The position numbers were made by a program, and so were the translations under genes. This document shows positions 1 to 5,939 of a stretch of 8,364 bases of DNA, piece after piece. This DNA is from Candidatus Iainarchaeum sp. GTDB taxonomy: Archaea; Iainarchaeota; Iainarchaeia; Iainarchaeales; 0-14-0-20-34-12. A model generated the notes under the pieces. The model did no database searches. It was not told the origin of the DNA and saw only the letters and a program-made list of their open reading frames with translations. The stretch is from the NCBI GenBank assembly GCA_030649345.1, contig JAUSKK010000025.1:1-8364 (forward strand). Direction: 5' to 3'. Each line of letters starts with the position of its first letter. The stretch's first letter is position 1.

Positions 1-105
1 AAATGGAATAAAATGTTTAAAAAATTCAGGAGAAATATTTCCTTCAGCAATAATGGCTACCATTACGCTTTTTTTCTCGGAACTGCTTTTTTTTGATTCT
101 GCCAT
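1..105 (-). CDS. 5' end of an unidentified protein-coding gene running off the left edge (MAESKKSSSEKKSVMVAIIAEGNISPEFFKHFIPF...)
   Basis: The reverse complement of 1..105 reads ATG (103-105) plus 34 sense codons with no stop before the window edge. It lies 22 nt downstream of the 128..658 gene on the same strand. An in-frame ATG at 61-63 is an alternative start. It is too short for a family assignment. Confidence 0.3.
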   Translation of the reverse strand, partial: MAESKKSSSEKKSVMVAIIAEGNISPEFFKHFIPF

Positions 106-127
106 ACTAAAAATACTAAATGAAGTA

Positions 128-658
128 TTATAAACCCTTGCGTTTTTTGCGATCTTTCCAAACAAGTCCGGCAAACCCAAAAAGGGTCGCTAAAGAAATG
201 ATCAAATCATTGTAAGTATAAATCAACAAAGGAAATGGATTCACTGCAATTGGAAAATCAGGAATTCCCAAAATTGTGCTGGACAAATTCCATTCAGTGA
301 ACGGAAAACCAAAATTAATTTCCCAATCACTCGAAAAAATGTCTGTAACTGGGTGGGCTGTGAATGCCAAAACAAAAATGGCGAAAGCTAGTTTGGCTGG
401 AAATTCTTTTTTTTGTGATTTAAAAAAATAGGCAAGAATTAAAACAAAAATTAGTCCCAGTACCATTCCAGTGAATGGAGAATGAAGAATACCATGATGC
501 CATTCTTGAAATAAAGAAATATTGCCCCAGAGTAAAGGAAGTCCGTCTAAATCTGGCAAAACACCTGCTGTAAAACCCAGTGCCAGTAGTTTTGGGTCTT
601 TGGAAAAACTTCGAGCAACTAAATAGCCGATGATTCCATGAATTAAAGTAAATGGCAT
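128..658 (-). CDS. Membrane-bound metal-dependent hydrolase, YdjM/DUF457-like
   Basis: 176-aa ORF with several hydrophobic segments. N-terminal LIHG, a PDLD motif and HHGILHSP match the conserved His/Asp pattern I recall for the DUF457/YdjM family. ATG start at 658. Confidence 0.6.
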   Translation of the reverse strand: MPFTLIHGIIGYLVARSFSKDPKLLALGFTAGVLPDLDGLPLLWGNISLFQEWHHGILHSPFTGMVLGLIFVLILAYFFKSQKKEFPAKLAFAIFVLAFTAHPVTDIFSSDWEINFGFPFTEWNLSSTILGIPDFPIAVNPFPLLIYTYNDLIISLATLFGFAGLVWKDRKKRKGL

Positions 659-676
659 AATCTAAAACAGTGTTTG

Positions 677-686
677 TTTTATTAAA
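677..686. promoter_or_regulatory. Candidate shared TATA-like box in the 49-bp divergent spacer
   Basis: TTTTATTAAA is centred about 24 nt from the minus-strand ATG at 658 and about 26 nt from the plus-strand ATG at 708. Neither gene has a clear purine-rich SD, which fits leaderless or near-leaderless archaeal transcripts. Position-based guess only. Confidence 0.3.
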
Positions 687-707
687 CTTTTTAGGTTCAA
701 TTATGGG

Positions 708-1541
708 ATGAATTCTTTAGTGTTTGGTACGGCGGGTATTCCATTAAGCACCAATGACCGCAATACTGAAAATGGAATTAAAGAAATTCGAAATCTTTCC
801 TTGAATGCTATGGAGTTAGAGTTTGTGCAAAATGTAAACATTTCTATCGAAAAAGCTCCAGTGATTCGAAAAATTGCAGAAGAAAATAACGTAACATTAA
901 CTTGTCATGGGCAATATTTTATCAATTTAAATGCTTTGGAAATCCAAAAACAAAAAGCCAGTATTCAACGCATTGTAAAAGCAGCTACTGTAGCAAATGC
1001 TTGCGGTGCGTATAGTATGTGTTTTCATCCAGGCTTTTATTTAGGAAAATCCAGAGAAGAAACATATGCTTTGGTTAAAAAAAATTTAATTCAAGCAGTC
1101 CAAGAAGTCAAAGATGTAAACGCAAAAATTTGGGTTCGGCCAGAAGTTACAGGGAAACATTCTCAATTTGGAGACTTGGATGAACTGCTAAAATTAAGTT
1201 CTGAATTGGATCAAGTTTTGCCTTGCATTGATTTTTCGCATGTACGTGCAAGAGCCAACGGAAAAATGAATTCATATGCTGAATTTTGTACTGTTTTGGA
1301 AAAATTGGAAAAAAGCTGCGGAAAACAAGCTTTGAAAAATTTGCATTGTCATGTGCAAGGAGTAAAATATTCTGAAAAAGGCGAACAAAAACATTTAATT
1401 TTTTCAGAATCCGATTTTAATTATTCCGAAATCATCCAAGCATTTTATGACTTTAAATGTGCAGGTGTCATTATTTGCGAAAGCCCAAATTTAGAGACCG
1501 ACGCATTGACTTTGCAGAAAGAATATTTGAAATTAAAATAG
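708..1541 (+). CDS. nfo: Endonuclease IV family AP endonuclease (xylose-isomerase-like TIM barrel)
   Basis: 277-aa ORF. The ordered motifs resemble the Nfo metal-ligand blocks: TCHGQYFINLNA, MCFHPGFY, RPEVTGKHSQFGDLDELL, IDFSHVRARANG, LHCHVQG, ICESPN. The family call comes from motif recall, not a search. Confidence 0.7.
   Translation: MNSLVFGTAGIPLSTNDRNTENGIKEIRNLSLNAMELEFVQNVNISIEKAPVIRKIAEENNVTLTCHGQYFINLNALEIQKQKASIQRIVKAATVANACGAYSMCFHPGFYLGKSREETYALVKKNLIQAVQEVKDVNAKIWVRPEVTGKHSQFGDLDELLKLSSELDQVLPCIDFSHVRARANGKMNSYAEFCTVLEKLEKSCGKQALKNLHCHVQGVKYSEKGEQKHLIFSESDFNYSEIIQAFYDFKCAGVIICESPNLETDALTLQKEYLKLK
1511..1537. repeat. Direct repeat copy 1 (left flank of the TA cassette), inside the last codons of the endonuclease IV gene
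   Basis: TTTGCAGAAAGAATATTTGAAATTAAA. Positions 1518-1537 are identical to 2174-2193, and 25 of 27 positions match 2167-2193. Confidence 0.9.
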
Positions 1542-1556
1542 TCCGGAAAGCATACA

Positions 1557-1599
1557 TTTTTATAGTGTTTTGATGCATAGTTAATGCATTGGTGATGGA
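1557..1599 (+). promoter_or_regulatory. Candidate TA-cassette promoter, operator and ribosome-binding site
   Basis: TATA-like TTTTTATA lies at 1557-1564. Two palindromic ATGCAT hexamers (1573-1578, 1584-1589) sit 11 bp apart centre to centre, within T[G/A]ATGCAT units. SD-like GGTGAT at 1591-1596 lies just upstream of the TTG start at 1600. Confidence 0.4.
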
Positions 1600-1848
1600 T
1601 TGCGTACTACGTTGAAATTTGAGGGAGTTACTGAACTGATTTTAGAAAAAGCAGTTAAGTTAGGTTTAGCTCGTTCCAAAACAGATGCATTGCGAATGGG
1701 TATTTTTGCGTTAAACAAAGAATACCAATTGGTTAAAGATATCGAAAAAGAATTGGTTCAGCGAAAACTAAAAAAGGAAGTAATGGAAATGAAAACCAAA
1801 GGAATTAAATATTTGTCCAAAGAACAAGCATTATCTAAATATAAATAA
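1600..1848 (+). CDS. Type II antitoxin, ribbon-helix-helix (CopG/RelB-like)
   Basis: 82-aa ORF with a TTG start preceded by GGTGAT. The N-terminus has an RHH-like layout: short beta-strand RTTLKFE, helix TELILEKAVKLG, turn, helix SKTDALRMGIFAL. The C-terminal half is charged and helical. It sits immediately upstream of a RelE-like ORF in the usual antitoxin-toxin order. Confidence 0.6.
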   Translation: MRTTLKFEGVTELILEKAVKLGLARSKTDALRMGIFALNKEYQLVKDIEKELVQRKLKKEVMEMKTKGIKYLSKEQALSKYK

Positions 1849-1895
1849 TTATCTTGCTAAGACAAAGCATTTGCAAATGTTTTGAGGTGAGTTGG

Positions 1896-2165
1896 TTGGA
1901 ATTAACAAAATGGCGTGTAGTGTTCAAACCGGATTGGGATTTGCACTTTAAGGACTTTGACAAAAGTATCCAAGAACACGTTTTGAAAAAAATTGAAAAA
2001 ATGGAACAATCGTTACAGGCACGTGGATTGCACTCTTTACGTTTTCAAATTGAAGAAGTTGGGCAGTACCGAATTGCTTTTATTCAAGACGAAAAAACTC
2101 ACACTAAATACATTCATTTTGTCGGCAATCACAAGCAATATGAAAAATGGTATAGAGAACAATAA
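1896..2165 (+). CDS. RelE/ParE-superfamily toxin (RelE/StbE-like mRNA interferase)
   Basis: WRVVFKPDWDLHFKDFDKSIQEHVLKKIEKM ... GQYRIAFIQDE ... IHFVGNHKQYE follows the RelE/StbE pattern (KxLDKxxQxRIxKKI, GxYRIxY, hhxVGHRKxxY). I prefer the TTG at 1896 because a near-perfect SD, GAGGTGA (1884-1890), lies 5 nt upstream. That gives 89 aa, a typical RelE size. The ORF track's TTG at 1854 has no SD. Confidence 0.75.
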   Translation: MELTKWRVVFKPDWDLHFKDFDKSIQEHVLKKIEKMEQSLQARGLHSLRFQIEEVGQYRIAFIQDEKTHTKYIHFVGNHKQYEKWYREQ

Positions 2166-2166
2166 T

Positions 2167-2193
2167 TTTACAAAAAGAATATTTGAAATTAAA
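2167..2193. repeat. Direct repeat copy 2 (right flank of the TA cassette)
   Basis: TTTACAAAAAGAATATTTGAAATTAAA. It starts 2 nt after the toxin stop codon. It contains the stop codon (2189-2191) of the convergent 2189..2758 gene. Confidence 0.9.
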
Positions 2194-2758
2194 GCACTAA
2201 TTTTAATGCAACTGAACTTACTAAAGGAATACTTAAATTGTCATTGACTGGCAAGATCTCGGTTAAGGACGCAATGATGGAAATCAATACTGCAGTTCCA
2301 GTACTGCTTGTGATGACGAATGAAAAAATAAATGCAACTAAAAAAAACCCAGTACTTCCTTCCACTGTTTTATTTCCCAATATTTTATGGGTGCCTAAAA
2401 CTTTTCCAATAATTGCAGAAAAGCCGTCTCCGTAAACTAAAATAGCTAAGCTGGCTAAAATAATGGTTTTATTTTGAATCCAAAAATAATCCAGTAAAAG
2501 TGTAAGAAAAAATCCAGCAAAAAACAATAAAGCTCCTTGGCCTATAAACTGTTTTTCATTTTCTCGTTCGCTGACTTTAACTAATTGGTTAAAAAAAGGA
2601 ATTTGAATTCCGCGTTCCATGGCTTGAGAAATTAGAAATCCAAGAACTAAACAAGCTCCCATGATTTCTAGCATAACTGGTGTGCTGGTGTATAAATAGG
2701 CCGCGATAATTATGGAGCCAAAAAATATATGGATAAATTTTCGAATAAATTCACGCAT
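2189..2758 (-). CDS. Polyprenol (dolichol) kinase / CTP_transf_1-family integral membrane protein
   Basis: 189-aa polytopic membrane ORF. N-terminal RKFIHIFFG and C-terminal YGDGFSAIIGKVLGTHKI...KTVEGSTGFF resemble the conserved blocks of the dolichol kinase/phosphatidate cytidylyltransferase family. The start lies 4 nt after the fibrillarin stop, so it is probably co-transcribed. Confidence 0.6.
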   Translation of the reverse strand: MREFIRKFIHIFFGSIIIAAYLYTSTPVMLEIMGACLVLGFLISQAMERGIQIPFFNQLVKVSERENEKQFIGQGALLFFAGFFLTLLLDYFWIQNKTIILASLAILVYGDGFSAIIGKVLGTHKILGNKTVEGSTGFFLVAFIFSFVITSSTGTAVLISIIASLTEILPVNDNLSIPLVSSVALKLVL

Positions 2759-2762
2759 TGTA

Positions 2763-3428
2763 TTAACCTTTTTGTTTTAGTGCATAAAATCTATGATCTT
2801 TATCAAATGGATTTAAGTCCAAAGTTTGCAAAATATTGAATTTTTCTTTTAATTGCTTTTCAGCTGTTTCAAATACTTTGTTTACGTCTTCGGTGGAAGA
2901 AATGCTTTTGGCTTTCAAACATAAAAAAGCCAGTTTGTCTTTAGGTAAATATTTTTCAACATTTTTGGCTAATATTTCCACTTGGTTTTTTTGAGAAACA
3001 TCCATGTACACTAAATCTACCGTAAACCCTTCTAGGTATTCTTGGTATTTTTCAGGCTGGTTGGCGTCAGCTAAAATAGGCACAATATTGGTGCGAGACT
3101 CGCAAATAGTTAACAGTTTTTTCATGGTTTGCTGGCTAAGGTCTACTCCAAAAATGATTCCAGTTTCTCCAATAATGTCAGAGATATGACTGGCTGTAGT
3201 TCCTTCACTAATGCCTAAATACAATACTACGCTGCCTTTTTGAAGTGGGCATTGTTGGAGCCCTTTTTGGATGGCTCCAGCTAATTTCGATCGAAATAAA
3301 TCCCATTCACGGTATTCGATGCCTTTTTCTTGAACCAGTTTTTCTCCGTAAATTCTTTTTCCCGGGATTAAATTTTGAGTACAAATTTTTCCATGGACTT
3401 CAAAAATTTCTTCAAATAGTTTTTTCAT
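2763..3428 (-). CDS. flpA: Fibrillarin-like rRNA/tRNA 2'-O-methyltransferase
   Basis: 221 aa. Motifs: YGEKLV...EYREWDLFRSKLAGAI, SAM motif VLYLGISEGTTASHISDIIG, VPILADANQPEKY, VDLVYMDVSQKNQVEIL, PFDKDH. It is adjacent to nop5, as is usual in archaea. Confidence 0.93.
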   Translation of the reverse strand: MKKLFEEIFEVHGKICTQNLIPGKRIYGEKLVQEKGIEYREWDLFRSKLAGAIQKGLQQCPLQKGSVVLYLGISEGTTASHISDIIGETGIIFGVDLSQQTMKKLLTICESRTNIVPILADANQPEKYQEYLEGFTVDLVYMDVSQKNQVEILAKNVEKYLPKDKLAFLCLKAKSISSTEDVNKVFETAEKQLKEKFNILQTLDLNPFDKDHRFYALKQKG

Positions 3429-3431
3429 TAA

Positions 3432-3478
3432 AATTGCCCCCGCAATTCAATTTTTTAAATTTCGTTGCGAAATTTAAA
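3432..3478 (-). promoter_or_regulatory. Two perfect inverted repeats (hairpins) in the nop5-fibrillarin spacer
   Basis: Hairpin 1: TTTAAATTTCG (3454-3464), loop TTG, CGAAATTTAAA (3468-3478), an 11-bp perfect stem. Hairpin 2: AATTGC (3432-3437), loop CCCC, GCAATT (3442-3447). On the mRNA strand hairpin 2 ends 3 nt before the fibrillarin ATG and shows GGGG in its loop. Confidence 0.35.
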
Positions 3479-3495
3479 TTCATAAACAAGCAAAA

Positions 3496-4266
3496 TTATT
3501 GGTTTAATTGAGCTACTCGGGCATCAATTTTTTTCTGTAAGTCTGCAACAATGTTTTGGTTTCCAAAATAATCTTCTTTTAATGCAATAGACAATTTAGC
3601 AGCTAAAGTGCGGGCTAATTTTCCGCGCATTTTTCGCTTGCATTTTTGAATTAAAGGATGCTGGAAAATTAATCCATGCTTCGGTGGCTTACTTCCAGTT
3701 TTCAAATGTTGGAATAATGCTTTTTCGGCTCCAACCAATTGAAGAGTGCTGGCTGGCATTTCAGCCAATCTTTTTTTGCTGCCGATTAAAGCCAAAATTT
3801 TGGCTCCCAAAACTGCTCCGCATAAAATACTAAAATTAGGGAAAGCTGTTTTCATTTCTTGTTCTAAGTATGCAATCAATTGTTCTCTTTGAGTTCTCAT
3901 GCTTTGGGCAATTTTGGCTAAATTTTGAATTTGTTCTAAGTCTTGTTTTTTCATTGCACTGCCCATGCTTTTTTTAGCCAATTCACTGAATTCTGTACTG
4001 GCAAAATTTTCACGGAATCCTTGTTCCAATACGTGTTTTAGATACGTATCATTGCTTTTGACACTTCGCTCCAATTCAGGGAAATGCAAGCCATACCAAG
4101 TCCGTGTATGTTCTAATAGTAAATTGAAAACTGAATCCAAATCTTGTAAAGTATTCACTGCTTGGATGATCGAAGCTTCCGGGCTTTCAAAATGTTCTTG
4201 GACTTGTTCTCGCGTTTTCTGGAGTAATTGTTTTCGTAACAAGTCTAATTTCGTAGGTTTATGCAT
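3496..4266 (-). CDS. nop5: Nop5 (Nop56/58 homologue), C/D-box sRNP core protein; short form
   Basis: NOSIC-like block IIQAVNTLQDLDSVFNLLLEHTRTWYGLHFPEL. Nop-domain block GAEKALFQHLKTGSKPPKHGLIFQHPLI...MRGKLARTLAAKLSIALKEDYF. I prefer the ATG at 4266 (MHKPTKLD...). The ORF track's TTG at 4284 is an in-frame 6-codon extension with no SD. Confidence 0.9.
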   Translation of the reverse strand: MHKPTKLDLLRKQLLQKTREQVQEHFESPEASIIQAVNTLQDLDSVFNLLLEHTRTWYGLHFPELERSVKSNDTYLKHVLEQGFRENFASTEFSELAKKSMGSAMKKQDLEQIQNLAKIAQSMRTQREQLIAYLEQEMKTAFPNFSILCGAVLGAKILALIGSKKRLAEMPASTLQLVGAEKALFQHLKTGSKPPKHGLIFQHPLIQKCKRKMRGKLARTLAAKLSIALKEDYFGNQNIVADLQKKIDARVAQLNQ

Positions 4267-4288
4267 ATTCAATAGATAGCCCAATTTG

Positions 4289-4308
4289 TTTTTAAATACT
4301 TTTAAATC
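4289..4308. promoter_or_regulatory. Candidate bidirectional promoter: tandem TTTTAAAT boxes between nop5 and glyS
   Basis: TTTTAAAT occurs at 4290-4297 and again at 4300-4307 (10-bp period). The first box is centred about 26 nt from the glyS ATG (4320) and about 27 nt from the nop5 ATG (4266). Neither start has an SD, which fits leaderless mRNAs. Confidence 0.4.
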
Positions 4309-4319
4309 CTGTTTTATTT

Positions 4320-5816
4320 ATGACTGCTGAAGATATTGTGAACTTGGCTTTGCGGAGAAGCTTGTTTTTTCCAGCCAGCGAAATTTATAGCAATTCTCCT
4401 TCTGGCTTCTGGGATTTTGGTCCTATTGGCACAAAAATGCGGTTTAAAGTGCTTGATTTTTGGAGAAAAAATTTAGTGGAATCTTTAGGCTTTCTGGAAA
4501 TTCATGGAGCCCAAATTTTAAGCGAAGATGTATTTCGCGCGTCAGGACATTTATCTAATTTTGCAGACCCTATTGTAAAATGTAAAAAATGTCAAACAGT
4601 ATTCAGGGCAGATCAATTAATTCAAGAACACATTGGAAGTACAGTGGCTGAATCATTAAGCACACCTGAATTGGATTCTTTAATTCAAAAACATCAAGTG
4701 CCTTGCAAGAAATGTAAAAGCAAAGAATTTGAAAATGTACGGAAATTCAATATGATGATGGGCATTGATGTGGGTGCTACTGGGCAACAAAAAGGGTATT
4801 TGAGACCTGAGACTGCACAGAACATTTTTGTGGACTTTGCTCGTGTCTTTAAAACTTCAAGAAAAAATTTGCCTTTAGGAATTGCACAAGTGGGTGCCAG
4901 TTTTCGAAATGAGATTGCGCCCAGAAATACTTTGTTACGAGAACGGGAACTAGGTCAAATGGAAATTGAAGTATTCTTTAATCCAAAAAAAATTAACGAA
5001 GTTTCCGACTTTGGTTTAGTGCAAGACTATAAATTGAATTTGTTATTGCAGGGAAAAAAAGAAGTTTCTTCCATTTCCTGTAAGGAATCAGTAGAAAAAA
5101 ATATTGTTTCCGGAAAATTGATTGCTTTTTATTTGGCTAAAGTTCAACAAGTGTATTCTGGGTATGGTTTTCCTTCGGATAAAATAAGATTCCGTGAATT
5201 GGATAAAGATGAGCGCGCCTTTTATGCTAAAGAAACTTGGGATTTTGAAGTCAAAACATCGCATGGCTGGATTGAATTAATTGCCAACAATTATCGAACC
5301 GATTATGATTTGGGAAGACATGCAGAAGGCAGCAAACAAGATTTGAGTGTAACCGAAGACGGAGAAAAATTCATTCCCCATGTGTTTGAAATTTCTGCAG
5401 GAATTGACCGAACTTTGTATTGCTTGTTGGATACAACTTTTATTCGAGAAAAACGAGGCCAAGGAGAACGTGTAATATTAAATTTGCCAGTGCAAGTCGC
5501 CCCCTATTTGTGTGCAGTTTTTCCTTTAATGACTAAAGATGGATTGCAAGAAAAAGGAAAAGAAATATTTCAAAATCTTTTAGGGTATCATTTGGATGTC
5601 TTGTTGGATGAAAAAGATGCCATTGGAAGAAGGTATGCCAGAATTGAAGAAATTGGAGTTCCTTTTGCTGTAACTGTAGATTATGATACACTCCAAGACC
5701 AGACTGTGACTTTACGATACAGTAAAACCACGGAACAAAAGCGAGTCAAAATTGCTGATTTGCCTGAATTATTGTGGAAGCTATCCATTGGCAAAACAAC
5801 GTTTGAAACGATTTAA
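4320..5816 (+). CDS. glyS: Glycine--tRNA ligase, archaeal/eukaryotic alpha2 type
   Basis: 498 aa. N-terminal RRSLFFPASEIYSNSPSGFWDFGPIG, Cys pairs KCKKC...FRADQLI and PCKKCKS, class II motif 2 FRNEIAPRNTLLRERELGQMEIEVFF, ERAFYAKETWDFEV...GWIEL, motif 3 region SAGIDRTLY. The C-terminal anticodon-binding block is VAPYLCAVFPL...IGRRYARIEEIGVPFAVTVD. Confidence 0.95.
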   Translation: MTAEDIVNLALRRSLFFPASEIYSNSPSGFWDFGPIGTKMRFKVLDFWRKNLVESLGFLEIHGAQILSEDVFRASGHLSNFADPIVKCKKCQTVFRADQLIQEHIGSTVAESLSTPELDSLIQKHQVPCKKCKSKEFENVRKFNMMMGIDVGATGQQKGYLRPETAQNIFVDFARVFKTSRKNLPLGIAQVGASFRNEIAPRNTLLRERELGQMEIEVFFNPKKINEVSDFGLVQDYKLNLLLQGKKEVSSISCKESVEKNIVSGKLIAFYLAKVQQVYSGYGFPSDKIRFRELDKDERAFYAKETWDFEVKTSHGWIELIANNYRTDYDLGRHAEGSKQDLSVTEDGEKFIPHVFEISAGIDRTLYCLLDTTFIREKRGQGERVILNLPVQVAPYLCAVFPLMTKDGLQEKGKEIFQNLLGYHLDVLLDEKDAIGRRYARIEEIGVPFAVTVDYDTLQDQTVTLRYSKTTEQKRVKIADLPELLWKLSIGKTTFETI

Positions 5817-5845
5817 TAAAAGAATTACTTGCACTATTTCTGTAT

Positions 5846-5933
5846 GCCACCGTAGCTTAGTGGTTGAGCAGCGGTTTCGTATCTGAATCTGCAAATAAAC
5901 CGCAGGTCGTGGGTTCAATTCCCATCGGTGGCT
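5846..5933 (+). tRNA. tRNA-Thr (anticodon CGU) with a 16-nt intron at the canonical 37/38 position; no encoded CCA
   Basis: Hand-folded cloverleaf. Acceptor GCCACCG/CGGTGGC (5846-5852/5926-5932), discriminator T5933. D arm GCTT-AGTGGTT-GAGC. Anticodon stem GCGGT (5871-5875)/ACCGC (5899-5903), loop TTCGTA...A with CGT at 5878-5880. Variable loop AGGTC. T arm GTGGG-TTCAATT-CCCAT. The extra 16 nt, TCTGAATCTGCAAATA (5882-5897), interrupt the anticodon loop. Intron boundaries can slide by 1 nt without changing the anticodon. Confidence 0.85.
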
Positions 5934-5939
5934 TTCTCA

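Noticed and set aside
1854-1895. A 14-codon N-terminal extension of the RelE-like toxin from the TTG at 1854 (MLRQSICKCFEVSW...)
   Set aside because: There is no SD upstream of 1854. The GAGGTGA that would serve the TTG at 1896 lies inside this extension. The extension has no counterpart in RelE-family N-termini, which begin at the first beta-strand (here WRVVF). I kept it as an alternative only.
2311-2316. TGATGA C-box-like hexamers (2311-2316, also 4753-4758), checked as possible C/D-box sRNA genes given the neighbouring Nop5/fibrillarin operon
   Set aside because: Both lie inside well-supported coding regions. I could not see a correctly spaced CTGA D box with terminal complementarity. 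No intergenic spacer in the window contains a C box/D box pair.
1993-2435. ORFs 1993..2247 (+, 84 aa) and 2238..2435 (+, 65 aa), which overlap the toxin gene end and the membrane-protein gene
   Set aside because: The sequences are low-complexity and Lys/Asn/Leu-rich, typical of out-of-frame or antisense reading in AT-rich DNA. They have no start context. They overlap ORFs that carry clear family motifs.
3004-4279. Antisense ORFs inside fibrillarin and nop5 (3004..3189, 3245..3511, 3965..4279; the last is 104 aa)
   Set aside because: These are shadow ORFs opposite strongly supported genes. Their Cys/Ser/Phe/Asn-rich composition shows no recognisable motif, and none has a promoter or SD of its own.
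5882-5897. The tRNA intron contains CTGA (5883-5886), which raised the idea of an intron-encoded C/D-box guide as in some archaeal tRNA-Trp introns
   Set aside because: Sixteen nucleotides cannot hold C, D', C' and D boxes plus guide regions, and no RUGAUGA box is present.
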